A DNA stretch of 64,000 bases, taken from positions 9,919,099 through 9,983,098 of the forward strand of contig CM082581.2 in NCBI GenBank assembly GCA_040954595.2. Reading direction: 5' to 3'. This DNA comes from Balanoglossus misakiensis. Taxonomy: Eukaryota > Animalia > Hemichordata. The first letter of the stretch is position 1; the number at the start of each line of letters is the position of its first letter. Below the pieces are notes generated by a model. That model made no database searches. It was not told the origin of the DNA and saw nothing but the letters and a program-made list of their open reading frames with translations. Made by a program: the position numbers and the translations under genes. Below are positions 25,046 to 40,000 of the stretch, one piece after another.

Positions 25046-28000
25046 CGGTGCTCTTCCTGTGCCGCTTGAATCTGGAGTGCTCACTGCCTCCTAAGTGCGC
25101 GTAACTTTTAACACAAAGCAGTTGTGACGACTTCTAATAAATCACCACCACACCGCAGCTCAGGAGTGTGTGTGCTGTAAGCTTGGTAGCCCCGTTTCAG
25201 TTGGGGACAACTGTAACACCACACGGCTGTATCCCTTTTCGGCCCTGGCGGCGTCGGGTAATCGTCGGATACTAAGTGGCTAGGTGTTCTTGTCGGCAAC
25301 TTAACGCTTTGGACTCGTCCTCCAAGTTGTCGATGTTGTGTCGAGCAAGGTACTGGGTGACACACAATACTAACGTCTGTAAGTCAAGTCGCACCGGTGA
25401 TCAAAACCACTGCAGTAAAAGGTAGAAGTGGCTATACACCAATGAATCCTCGGGTACCGGCGTCAACTGTTGAATAGAAAGTAACGCGAGTTAGATATTG
25501 AACAAGCCTCACACTTACGACAGCGATTCAGGCACTACATTTACCTTTTAAAGCCCACGTCCACGGATGGCAGACAGCCAAGAAAGGAAAAATCTTAAAG
25601 AAGTATGAATGAATCACGGGGATACAACACTGTACACGACAAGCATACGCAGTGGGCTGGAACTCTCACCAAAACAAGCCAGGCGCAGACAATGAATCCC
25701 GCATTCTGTAAGAGTCCCTCCGCGCGCACTCGCCACGCAGGCGTTTTACCGCTGTAAAAATGCGGGTAAACAGGTTAGCCTCACACTAGTATAAGTACAA
25801 TGTTCGAGCGGTGCGGCTGCGTCGACAACAGCGGGTGGAACCATAGGGAACTTCAGACTCCGCGCTGGGCTGTCTGATAGAGTAGAAGTGTTGCTATTAT
25901 CATGACAAAGGGCAGCCCAGACAACAAACGGACGTCCAAGTAAAACAGTCCAAACGCCGCACATAATAAAAAGTGGACAAATCCCCCGTTTTTGCGTACA
26001 TGCGCATACTTGGGTCCACCGCGAGGTTTTGAACCAGGTTGCCCGGTGACAGGAGAACGAGCTGCGACTCACGGGCAAGTCAAATGAAAGGCTCTTGATT
26101 TTAAATGGAAACCCCCAAGTGAATTAAAAGCATTATCATGACCAACTTCAATTTATAGACCGTGACTTATCGATCGGCCAAATTCTTTTTAGGCTGTTAT
26201 TAAGATCATCGTGGTATCGACAGAGACTTGTCCAGTTGTGAAGCTGAGGTATTTTATAATGTTACGAATTAATGACGCACTCAACAGGGAACTATTAAAA
26301 TTCAGCGAGAGTGTTTTGGAATCGCAACTAGAGGATTGCGGCAAAACGTGTGTTTGGGCACGCTAATACTGTTGGTCTACCTTTGCAGGCAAAAATGTTA
26401 AGCAAAACTGTAAGCATTTTATCACCGGGGTTGTTTTTGTAGTCAGTGTCAATAGTAACTGCGACGGTGCGAGATTTTATTTGGACTCGGGGTGTCGTCG
26501 TTATCGGTTACCAGACACGGCCCACACAACGATGCCCTGTGCCTATTCGAAGTAAACGTATGCTACTTTAATTTGGCAAGGTCATTCTCTTTTATACGCT
26601 AACTGGTGGCGTATTCACCAGCGAAGAATGAGCGACATGCCCGCACTCCAATGTTTTGAAGTCCGACCACAGACGGCGCAGTTCACGGATCGGTGGACAG
26701 AACACTGTGTGAAGAGACTCCTTCGGGTGTTACCGGAGTTAGAACAGACGAAAAGCAAATAACGTCAATAGCCAACCTGTTATGTCCAGGCATGTACTTA
26801 TCACTTGATTTTACTGACAGCAGTTGACGGTGTCCCGTGCCATGATGACGTCAACACAATTTGAGAGAATCCTCCGGGAGCAATTACGAAACCCTCTGAG
26901 TGAATAACTGACCGGGTTTTACGCGCTTTTCGGCATTGTCTTTTATTAGGAATTCTGGACCGAGTATATTATTGAGTGACCGGAAGAACATTGTTTAGAG
27001 GGAAACCTCTAACTGGAACAAGACGTTGTTTTGTTCGGTGTCAGGTAGTTACAGTTCCTTATGCGGCCAAACAATGAGACTAATATGTTCGTAGAAGATT
27101 GGAGGGACGGCGATTCAATGGTACATTGAAATAATCTTTGAACGGCGGAGGTGAACAGTGCGACCCTCTGTGATCACCGGTGGCTATTTGCAATGCACCC
27201 TTGTTGGGCATGATGACGAGCATCTTACAACGAAACAGGGGGGAGGGGGCAAATATGGGTTGGTGGATTTCCGTCGCTCAACCGCATCACTTGCCCCCCC
27301 CCCACCTCCACCCCCTCCCCGCTTTCACACACACTGTCACCGTTACACAGCACCTGAAACCATTAACGATTCATATTTTACAAAGCAACTCCGATCACAA
27401 CAAGGGCAAACATCTCGACCTGGTTTTGTGTCAACCCCTCCGCACCAACGTCCTGCGGTTCATCACCCCTGACTGCCTTCCCATTGTAGCGCCAATTAAC
27501 GCCGGCAATGGATGCAACCTAGCGCACAGCCGGCCAGTGAATTGAAAGATAAAACGGTGTGGTCAAGTCGGATAGATGTTGAAGAGGCCCTGGCCGTCTT
27601 GTGCGGCAAAACTGGGGCCGATACTAAAATTAGAAACGGTGACGATTCAAGTCTTTTTTTGTCCTACATGTACACGGAGGTTTAACTAATCCTGCAAAAC
27701 AAATCAATTATTACTGGTGTGCCTATTGATCTAGGATTAGTCTGCATTCGATGTAAAATGAAATTAGGACCGGTTGCATGGGCATTAGGGTGACTAAATG
27801 CATAAGTACCCCGAATTAGACAGATTCCCAGGTGGTACATGGAAATGAGACATCTCTCAACCTTGGGACATCCACAGCAATATGGACCAACCATTTGCAT
27901 GAATTTTACTACATCAAACAGATCGATGATCAGATTGGTAAACAAGTTCGCAGTGTGTTTACAATATCAACACCTAATGCATGGTTGTTACAAGAAAACA

Positions 28001-31000
28001 TACACACCAAGGCACATCAATGATGCCGTTGGTTCAACTGACAAACTGCTAAACGAAACCACACAAAACTCCTTCGGTCTTACTAGACTAAATGGCAACA
28101 AAGACAATTGAAAATTTACCAACATCGATTTTCCCACACCAAGAATTGACCAGCCCTTCACCGCCCTTGGACAAACTGGTGAGCGGGCCTCAGCGTTGGT
28201 TCTTTGTGTCGAAATTTCTGATTGGCACACTATACTACAGCTGTTGTATTCCCATGGGTGTTATGCGCTCTCTCTCTCTCTTTCCTTCAAGAACAAGTCC
28301 AGTTTGTCTGGCCCGTTGTGAATGTGATATCAGAAGAAAAAAACTACGACCCAAGAAACCGTATGTCAGGCACATCTTTGATAACGCTCATATTTCTCAC
28401 TCTCCTTCAATAACATGGAAGATCCTTGGTGATATTGAACAACATTGGCCTAGCCTATTCCCTGCCTATCTCAGTGAAATTTGGCGAAACGATCGACAAG
28501 TATTCACGTTTCACCGACTGCGCAATCTGTGCACATCGTTGAGTGGTCTGACGGGGAAAAAACGAAAGTTTATAGATAAGTCGACAAGGGACTACCTTGA
28601 ATGACTAAACAAACATTCGACTTGTCATTTTGTTTAAATGCTAAACACGAACAATGGCGGCGCAAACGTGTTTAGCCGAGACAAATGGCGATAATTGGAC
28701 ATCAGCATTGACCAATCAAGCGGCTGAAATGTGACGTTCCAACAAGTGTTTATTGCTCAGGAAAAAATCCACGCGGCAGTGTCAGAATTCGCGACAACGT
28801 TGTAATGATCACTGTGACACCAAAGCTATGTGCTAATAAATGAGTGCAAAGCAGTAAAATATTTGTTAGTCTGCGTGAGAAATTCCCTTGTCTCTTCGAC
28901 GTTTTTCGGACATGATTCAAATCGATGACGACACAGTAAAAACACTCTATACTTTTGCAGGTAAACCGGCGCAAAAAATGCACGTGGGTGGTCGTGCTCT
29001 TCTCGCGGCATTTACACCCATTTTTTTTTTCCTTTCGCGTGACAACGGTAACGTGACACGCCCGGTCTCGAAAGAGATGCCATTTTGATTCGGAGGCAGC
29101 CTGACGACCGTTGTTAACGCCAAATATGTAAAAATTCTGCGAGAACGGTGTAATTTGGATATAAGGAAATCCCTCTTGCGTCGTTTCATAATGGCGGGTC
29201 GTATTTCTCGGGGGGGGGGGGGGAGCATCGGTAACGTTAGCGATAACAGCAAACCATTACGTACAGTGACATTTGCGACATTTTCTAATTTCTCCTACCT
29301 TGCAACACTGTTCCGACTTTCCACTGGAAAGGGTGATTATTCTACAAGAAACGCACACATGCGTTGCTGCAAAACGATGTCGAACACTTACTCACGTCGA
29401 TCAATTAGACAAGTTTGTTGTCATAATCGAATCATCGAGCAATCACGCCGACGTGCTAATCGTGTGTAAATATTGATAAACATCACAAATGAATACTCGA
29501 TCGCTGTCCGCCTAACTCCGGTAACGGGGTGCCCCCATAAGATTCAAAAACAGAAAGTTGGGTGGTTCGTCGGATGGCTGTCACCAAAAAAAAACCATCT
29601 CCGCCGAGAGCCTTGGATTTCTTTCCAGTTTATCGCGCAGCTTTGGAATAGTTTGCAGCTGGTCGAAAATTCTTCACGATTTTGACTCTCACAAGACTAC
29701 AAATTTGCGGAAAATACGCGGTATTTATTTTCTTGGTACTAGGAGAGATGAGACCGTCGATTAATCGCACACGGTCGCGCTGAACGTTGACAACTGACAA
29801 ACAACCATTTTCCACAATCTGAATAAATATGTAACACTGTCACAGTGATTGCCTGAGAATATACAACCTGTTACTTAAAAACATTACAATAAACCTATTT
29901 CGATTGACTTAAATATTAATAAACTCTAAAGAAGGCACTTCATGACAGATGCTTAAATTTTCATCAGCGTCATTTGCATACCCTTTGTGGCCTTTCAGAG
30001 ACGGTTATCAACTATTTATAAATACAAAGTATTCGTATAATAGACGAGTACCTAACTACAACACTGCTAAATTTTTGATGGGCGGCAAAACAGGAGGGGA
30101 CGCGAACTGTTAAAATTGCAACATCCCGAAAAAGGGCCGAGAAAGAAGTTGCCGGTTTAATGTTAGTGGGTTTTGCGACTTCTCTGCTCGCGTAAAGTAC
30201 TGTAGCGCCCCCTAAGTCGATCCCCGCGTGTTCTGGGGCGGACTGGAAAAATTACAAAATCTTCATCAAAACTAAAAGGTACAGCTAAACCATCGAACGG
30301 ACATCATTTTAAGGTGTCCGTCAGACACGACATGAAGCAATGGAAAGAACTACACAAAATACAATTACGCCAGTACAAAACCTCATTGTGCAAATACGCG
30401 TAAGTACCGTCTTACGAATGTCTTTACGTAATTACAAACTGGGACAAAAGTGTACTTACAGATCCTAAGTTAGTGTATCGTTAACAGACTATACCGTGTC
30501 TTTTCGCTTAATCCTGGTTTTGAGCCTTTCAAAAAAACTTTTCTTGCGAGTGCACTAGCGACACTTACCTAAAGCTGCGTAATGCGCCAGAGAGAGCTAT
30601 TCAGTGTACAAGCATTCACTGGCACCAGTACAGTTATGTCGGCGACGATGCGGTGGGCCAGCCCTTTTATATGCACTGGTTCTGTTTCATATGGGGGTGT
30701 TGTTGTCACATCGCCAATTGGCAAGTGGCGAACATTGCCAGAATCAATTACACTCAACAGGTGCCGCTTGCATTTACATATGTAATCAATTAGCCAACTA
30801 GCAGACATATTCGATATTAATTAAATGGCGACCACGCCCTTTATCGCTAAGCAACCGTCTACTTTTTTTTCTAGCGAGGCGACGTAGTATCGCGTACCAC
30901 CTGAAGACGAATTTTCGCGTGGTACCGACATCAGCGGAAACTATCACAATGCCAGAAAATCAAATGTTCTACCTATGACGTCATTGTATCTGTCGGTACA

Positions 31001-34000
31001 CGCAAGTGCGATAAACCTGTCAAAATTCCTTACGTTGTTAAAATGTACGTGTGTCTCGTAAACTGGTTGTTAATGAGGGCGCGATTGAACTCTTTGTAAA
31101 TTTAGATGTGACGATCTACACACGTGACGCCACTCGGAGAGAATTTTCAGAATGTGTACAAGTATTATGAAAAAGCGTCACAAACTATGCATAAAATATG
31201 AAGCACAAGTTCGTGGAGTGACCTTTTTTATTGACCTTGCCGTCAGTTGCTACGCGGGCGCAGGAGCGGAGGCGCGCTGAACTAGTTTCGGTGACAACAC
31301 CCACCTACTTAAAATTCTAACCACCTTGAGGAGGTTTTTTTCAATGATGGGACGCCTGATTGAAAATAAACGTATTTCGGGCATGTCTCGGTAAAATTAT
31401 GTGTGAAATAGATCTTAATTACGTGGGTTTCGAAGTGGGGTCTCTCCTACGCGAATGCAGCGTTCAATTGGCTGTAACGAATACTTACTGGTATAGCAGA
31501 AAGTCCTTTCTAGAATTATCTATTGATCTATTTGGTTCACTCAATGGCGGCCGGGGCACGATCAAAGACAAACGGCGGTTTTAGATACCCACCAGTCAGT
31601 CGGTCGGGAAATTCGCTTTTGAAGGGCAACGTGATATAAGCCACCTTAGTCAAAGTGCTCGGAAACGAACAATTAAGACTGCGTGTCACTCTTGAAATGC
31701 ATCGGTGCGCGCTGTCGCCAGACACTTGAGAGACGCGACGCGCGACGCTGCTGTAATATTATCGCCAATTTACGACCACCAAGCTCGTGCTTTCTTGTTG
31801 CCAAAATTCCGTGACGCGCGCACACGAGTCGATCAAAAACTCACTTTTTAAGCGGCTAAATTGTCCGTTTGCGCTAATTATCTCCGAAGACCTACCAAAG
31901 AAATACCGATCGGGTGTGACGCCTGCTCACCGTCAGCGAAGCTGCTCCGGAGAAAATCTATCCTTTTAACTAAAGAAATGTAATACGGAGCGCAAGAATA
32001 ACAGTTTTCTGCTGTCCAGCGCCCGTGACGACCGCGGGTGTTGACTGGAGCGCGCCGCGAAGTTGTCAGTGAAAATTAAACCGGTCTGTTGTCGCGTTAA
32101 CAACATATCCAATACTAATGGAGTAAACAGCGTCAAGAGAAAAAACAAACTGCAGCGTTTTTTACATAGAACCCGACGGTATTGATTTCTGGAGGGACAA
32201 GGCAGTGCTGAAACTCCCCCAAAACTCGGACAACAGCGGATAAAAAAAGTTTCTCTCGAGGAAACTCACCTCTGGGATAATCATACAGAATCATACCTTG
32301 ACTGGGGATCATCTAAGCATCTTTGATCTGTTGCCAGGATTTCAGACGGTTCTTGGAGAACGGCGAGGTGTGTACACGGTAGCCTGCGCCGCGATTGCCA
32401 CAAAACCTGTCAACGAGCCACTTAACCCGTTTTTTTTGTCTGACCGCTATGTGCCTGCGTCGTGTGAAAATGTCCGCTTTAAGCCGTCTTTAATTATACA
32501 GCACCGCTACCCCGTCAGTTTGGACAGCGGACCCAGGAAACGATTGTCTCCAAAAGTGCTTTCCAAATGTGTTGCTAATGACCAGTGAAAGAAACTGTTG
32601 TGGTTGCTATTCACACCGCACTCAGAGGCGCTACTCTCTCTGGCAAAACAACAAACGGCGGCTTTTCTTGTCTCCCCGCCATTGAAAGTCTCAGTGAGAA
32701 ACGACTTTTGAAGTTGACTAAAAAACTTCCAAGCCGAACGTAATCTAGACAACAATTTAGTTTACGTTGATTACAGCTAAGTCGAAGATTAAACACTTCG
32801 GGCAACACCCCGAGGTGCTAATGTGTCAAAAGGATGTTTGCTTTGGGCCAAATATAGGAAACGACGTGTACTTTGCTAATCACTGGACCCGTTCAGGCTA
32901 GTAAACGCAGTTATTAAAAAAGCAATATAGATCACCCCCTTTCACTTTCTTCGTTGTTTTCAAGAAAAATACAACTATATCACTATAAATTGCAGCCAAA
33001 TATAGCATTGAATTGACGCCGAGAAGTTTTGACTGTCACAATATTATTTAGATGTGTTTTAACGGATCGGACAGTGCACAAACAATCAGAGCGGCTTGGT
33101 AGATGATCCGTCATGTTCCGAGGTGAAAAAACTTTCGACTACGTAGTTTTTAAAACACGAACCGCCTGGAAAAACAGCGAGGTTTCCTTCGCCTTTGATG
33201 TAGGCCAACCGGCCGATGCCCTATTGTGTTGTCTGCGAGCATTGTGTAACTCCCATTGTAAAGAGTATGACTCTTCGGCAATTTTTACCTGCCGCGGCGT
33301 TTGGTCCGTTATTTAGCGGACCACTTAGCTACGTGTATTTCTCGCTCACAGACGACGGCGATTCTGCCGCTCAAAGCGAATGGGGGAGGGGAGGAACAAA
33401 TTTAGGACTGTCGTGGAGGTACTTTTGGGGGTCCCAGAAGGTCGTATGATCCGCGAGACAATGTCACTATACAGTTCGGTTATTGTACGTGGCAACACGC
33501 CGCCTGAGAGACTCGAAGGGTATACAATGCGAGAAAAAAAATCGAAACTAATTATTGACTATACGTTAAGACTCACAACCAGGGAGCCACATCTGACGCG
33601 AACTCCAGTAAACAGCGCAAATGGCCGACCAAGTCTGGCAGCCAGACTGGACACAATTTCAGAACGAGAAATGCACGTTCATAATGCGTAATGGTAGGGC
33701 GCGCACATATACGTACACAAACACACTTATCAAACGCTACCGTTGTTATGAAAAGTTAACGGGTGTTCTGAAAGTGTTTGAAATATTCATTACACAAGCA
33801 AACGAGTCAATATGTCACAGCACACAAATTAGTTCCTTGTCGACCACTTAAAGTGTTATCAAACCTTTAAAAGCCGTTAAAGAGAGCCAGCTACACTCCG
33901 ATTTCGCTCTGTCTGACTTCCTACTATGCTGCGGGGACTGGTTACGTAGCACGACTACTACACAAAGTCTGTTCGTTGGCAGAGAAAGTGAAATAGTCAA

Positions 34001-37000
34001 GCACCAATCCCATCGCGTCGCACGCTCGGTCTTTCCCTCGGACTATCTGCTGATAAGCTTGAGTAGATCGCGATGTGCGAACAGGTGCAAACGAACAGCG
34101 CCGCTACGCGACTATCTGGGCAAATCACGCGAGAGAAACTTTACGACGCGTGTTCGCGTTCACACGTAAGAATTACCGCACCTGAATACCGAGTGCTTCG
34201 TGTTTTTTTATGGCGTTTAGCCAACAGTAAAGTAGCTTTTAACTTTTTTTTCAATTCCCTCTCTCTCAACAAACCGAACTGTATGGCCCCCATTGAAGAC
34301 AACCGCCAAAGAAGAAGGGCGCTCTTGGCAACACCGTGGACGTCCAGCATTTAAAGGGACACAATGAAATCGACTTAGGACAATTCAACGCTCTAACGTT
34401 TATCTTAACTGTGCTTTCTCATCAGCGAGCATTGTGTGGCCATCTTAGGTGTTTACGAACCCCCTTTAGAACACTCCACGTGCTTTGCAACAAATGAAGT
34501 GCGCTAATAGAGCCCCTCTCACTTCGGTGGTGGCGGTATGCATGCGCGGGTAATTGGTTTACGGTAATGATCACACGGCTGTTCGAGGCCATATCCTATG
34601 CCGCAGACAGGGAGAGGGGGGGGGGAAGAGAGCCCGGCGTTTATACAATTTAGCAGGGGTATATTTGATGAAACATCTGGGTGGACATTTAAAGAGCCCT
34701 TTCACTGGTTACGAAAGTTGATTCAACGAATGAAGGGGAACAAATCGCACGTTTGTATCTATCATTAGCAGTATAAACAAAACAGCAGAGACGAACCACT
34801 TCGGTGCTATATGCAGTCATTTTGTGACGAGGCGAACAAACACGGGACATGTTAGCACGCCGTAGGGTCCCAGGTAGAGCATTGTTAGCATCTAGACAGG
34901 TTGGTGCCGTTTCTCCCAATGCTATGCACGCCTCATTTCGCTATATACACAACAACGATGTTTGCCGCATCGCCGGCAAATCGCCGCATCCCCGCAGTGT
35001 GGCCGCGGCGCACACCCCCGTCCGTCACACGCTGCATCGATTTCACCCACTTTTCTATTCAACGCCTTCAAGTTTCCGATCAGCGTAGAAATTGTGACAA
35101 CGTTTTTTTATTTAGATTCCCTTCACCCGTCAGTTCAAACAAGTTTTGCATCATAAACGGCGTAAAGAACCACAGTCCGTTCCGGGAGAGGAAAGCGGCA
35201 GTTGGACAGAAATCACTCTGCAGAAAATTTCACTCTCACCGGCTAGACTGGCTTTTCAGTCCGCACGGAAACTTCGAGCGCCGCGACAGTCGACAGTATC
35301 TGAGCTAAAACTCGGACAAAAACCAAATAGTATCTTTCATATGCAAAAACAATACGGACATGCAGCTTGGTTATATAAACCCCGTTGGTCTGTAATTGTT
35401 TAAGGTATGGGCCTATTTCTGGGTTTAAGAAGATTAGCTGATAATCATAGTTGTTGCACTCCGATCAACTGGAGAAGAGTAGATGCCATTGAAAATTCAT
35501 TTACAGACAATTAATCAATCTTTACAACCCATTAGTTTCATACTATGAAAGGGGGAAAAATACAAGTAATTTTCTGTAATCGCGGCTGTATAGTGCTCTC
35601 TCAGTCTGTCTGTCTGTCCTTCTCTCTCTCCACGTGAAATTCCAATTGCACATTAATTGATAGCGATACATGCTTCAGAAACGTAGATCGGAAAAAAATA
35701 TGCAGTCCCGCCCTGCTTTTTCTCTCGTGATCGGAATTTACTACCAAATGTGGCTCGCATACAATCCAGGTATTTGGCAGGTTATAATGAAGGTCGAAAT
35801 ATTTCAGCATTAACTGGCACCAGTCTCTACCACACGTCTCCGCGGAGAACCAAGGTTCGCATCTGTCAATCACCGCAACACCCAGTTGTCAAACACGACG
35901 AGAGATGACGGGCTGAGAAGGCAAACGCCGCGGTTGCACGTGCAAGAACGCCGCCGCCGGACAAGACAATCACGGCCACGATATGCCGCGTTATTATAGG
36001 CCACGGAAACCCACACTATCTGGATGCTTGACAATATTTGGCATACAGTTTCAACAATTTCTAATTAAGGAATAAATATTGGAATTCTTACTGGGCTCGG
36101 TGGATACTCGTCCCTGCAGGAGATGTAATTAGCTGGAAAGAGAGGCGCATAGGTTGAAGGTGCTTGTACGGCTTTTGCTAACGGTAATCCGAATAGTCGG
36201 GAAACCGACGTAATTTGAAGGATATGAACGCCTACGCAAATATTACTGTTAATTGATGAGTATGTCGCTTGAAATCGACTCCAGAGATTCCTCAGAACCA
36301 ATTACTATAATTATTTGGTTGGCACTCTGATCCTAATAAAACCGTCCATGTATCATGTCGAATATACCGGATTTATCGATGAGGTTAAGAATTCATTTTT
36401 TTTCACACCACGCATCTTGCTTTTAATTTTGGCCCGTCACCTTCATTCGATTAGCACTTGATATTGACTCGTTTGAAGAGCCGTGCTGTTGTAAACGCTG
36501 TATTAGCATTTACGCCTGTCACTGTACTGTATCGTTCGGTACGAACTCGGAAGATGCTTATATGTTTGAGTGAAAACTTTTTCTTGCCACTGGCAATAAT
36601 TAAACTTTTCCACCACTTTGAAATGATCGGTTACGGTCCCGCCCCTATCCTACCCACATAGTAAGGCCTCGTGGTGACTAGCATGTATTTCGTTTTTTGT
36701 CACCAGCGAAATCACTAAACTATTTTAGAAAGCTTTATACATGTGAGAGAAGCAGGAAGAATCTTCGGCATATATAGGTAACATAAACTCCATAAAAAGC
36801 TTCCAGCCAACAACATGTGACGTTTGGGCCCACCTTATGTTCATTTGGCGGAAGAGAACAATTGGCGATGGGCAACCGGGCGAAAGACGCGGGAAAAAAT
36901 CCCAGAAACGTGTCGGCTGCCTGAGATTTATCATGCTAATGTTTAAACGGTACAATTGATAGTAAACAGAGAGGAACTGACAGAGAATATCAGGCTGTGT

Positions 37001-40000
37001 TGGCAGCGATCATCTCATTGCAAGGGGTAAATCGCTTAAAGAGAGTGAAAACAAAACCGTGAAATACTCAACAACGTCGTGGTTTTAAGAGCTGTTAATG
37101 TGGATAAGCCGGGGCTAGACTGCGTCCAAAAGTTGGCCTGCCAAGTGTGACGTCTCAAGTACACGTTTCTCATCGGAAATCCCTGGAATTCAGACCTACA
37201 GGGAGATGGGGGTACCTCCTGTAACGGCAAATGCTTCAATGTTCGTCGTTTACGCGGTGATTACCCCGAAGAGGAAAACGTGTTCTTCGCACATTTTAGG
37301 TTGCGCTCTGCACATGGCAACGGCAGTATAGGTCATCTTTGTCGAGCGGCACCAGAAAGACACTACGAGGAATCTGATACCATGAATGAATCGCTTAGCG
37401 AAAACGACGAATTGCCTTCTGATGGCGCGTGGTTGTAGTGCTTCCTTGTTAAACGTATAACAGTAACTTTCAATCTTCGCCCAGCAATGGCGATCACATT
37501 TTTCAATCTGAAAACACCATGTTGCTCCTATTTCTGAAATTAGGAACACTATAGCCTAATCTTTGCGGCGCTTACCTGAATAAAGCAATCGTGTGATAGC
37601 TGGAGACTGGAATATACAAAGAAGGGTTTCACTTGAAAAAAGATTCTCCGATGAGTGAGCGCAGTGGAGAGAGTCTCTTGATTAGACATACGATCGAGAT
37701 TGAAGACGGGTAGAATATGACCGGTGAATTACACGTTAAATTAAGCAATGAGTTCTCAAGTTCGAATGAGTGTTGTGACTAGCTGACGACACACGCTCGG
37801 AAGATGACATGCATTCCGAAACCAGCAAGACACGCGCTACGGTAACTGTGTTACATACCAGCAGAACTTAGATGACTACATGACGATACATGCCGAAGGG
37901 AAGGAGAAAAGCGCGCCAACTACATACGCCGGGTGTCGTTCACACATAGGCATACCTATGGTAGGATAGCGGAGTGAATGTGAAACTATTGTTGGGGAGC
38001 AAACACGGGACCCGACTCACCTTAACGTATAAGGCAATAACCACCAACTTTGGCAAAACTGACAACCTGACTATACACCAAGGTATTACGTTCAAGGAAG
38101 TAGCCCAGTCCCCCCCCCCCTCCAGAACCACCGAAAAAAAATTCGGCGACAGATTACATACCTGAGGACCTCTTGGCGAGTTGTACTCACTCACTTCCTC
38201 TCAATACACGTCTATTTCTGCGGGGACTTGTTGGCTACGGGTTCTCGGGGAGAAATCTGACCAAGGCGCTTAGTTCGGCAACCGAAGTATTGTTTACGCC
38301 TGTACTATATCAGTGGAAGTCTAAACGCGGAGCCAAAAAACTGACCAAACCGCGGCCTATCGTGGTTTCCTTACAGAATGAGCTTTACACGGAGAGCCGT
38401 CCCCACACTTGGCGAATAGACCCGCTGGCCATAGCACCATTGCACAACTCTCCAAAACACAGGACAACAACACGGACGGAGAGAGTCAGGATCCCGTTTC
38501 TATTGGCCAACAACAACACGGCAGAATATTCAACGGAATGAAGTGGACCCAACCCTCAGATTCTTTGACCCGAAGGCCTGCCTCTCTACTAATTAACTTA
38601 GGCATCTTGTGCTGCCATTTAAAGCATGAGGTATCCCTGTCTCAAGGTGATAATTACACACCGTGCATCACAACGCCGCATTGCGTTTGCGTAACCATGC
38701 CTCTAACAGGTGAGAGACAATAAGAGAAAGGTGAACTGAAGAGCTTGTGGTGTTCTTTCTTGCAATTAAAAGTATCAGCGTAAAGTTCAAAAGTTAATAA
38801 CGTTCGCAGACATATACAATGAGATGCATTGCGCACAAATACATGTACAGGTAAAAAGTAAACGGTCGTTACCAACATGTTTCTCCTGTTCATAATCACC
38901 CGCTTGCCTTATAAATTATTAAGTTTCCGTTCGAGAAGTTTCTGTCGTCGTCTCACGTCCTACATGTGATGTCACCACGTCCGCCGGCCAAAAATATACC
39001 CGGCAAAGCATGGTGGGAAATTGTCCTCGTTTGCGCGACAAGTTGTTGTTGTTACGTAACCGCGACTCGATCGATTTCTCTTCTCTGGTCGTTCTGTGCA
39101 CCCCCAACACCGTTGATTACATTATTGTTGGTCGCTGCTTATATGTTTGTTTTACAATTAGCGCTCTGAGCAATGCGTATTACGGCGGCGGCATCGCCTC
39201 ACCTGCGTCACACAGTCTTGCCTGCACGCCATTTGAAACCTGGTTGGAAACTTCAAGTTTTTTCGCGCCGGAACGACATCCGGCATACAGGTCACGTGCA
39301 TTTCGGTCAGTTCAAAGACAACCACCTGAATATGAATCTCTAAATAGGACCCGTTGGCACGAATTCCATAGGAAAATTGTTCGAGTCAACCTGACGATCA
39401 CATGATTGGCTGCCTTACATATTGGTCCACTTTTTGGTGACAGTATTGCCACGAGATTTCCAGGGAGCGCCCTCTGTGTAATCTTACAAAACATCGAAAT
39501 ACTGGCGAGAAATTCCAATATCAGAAAGTCATCGTGGGAAACACCTGTGCTTGTTTATATGTAAACAAATATTTTCACGCTATCCAGTACGGATTCAAAT
39601 GAAAACGCGTATTTGGACCATAAACCAAAACGTCTTGCTGTTAAATTTTGTCTGTGTTTGTGTGTAACAATAATTGCTCTATTCGCCCGATGAAGGGGTC
39701 ATGATAAATCTCTTTCTTGAGGAGAAAGTTAAAATTAAGCAGTCCCCCCGTCACCGCCGAGAGATTTTTTTCTCCCTCTCAGCCGCTGCACTCTCACTGG
39801 TCACTATTACGAATCACGACACGAAAACTCTCGCTTCCTCTGATGACGGTGTTGTTCCATGTTGATCGCCTGAGTTATGTTACCAATGCAAAGGGTCACT
39901 CGATGGACACGTTCCATTCCCAGGAGACGTACAGCAGATAGACACACAGACTTGTTTGTGAGTGTACACAACATGCATGTTACTTTGGTTAATATCTACG

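Noticed and set aside
27682-28604. Cluster of 60-170-aa ORFs as a degraded transposon or gene
   Set aside because: No recognisable domain or motif in the frames examined.
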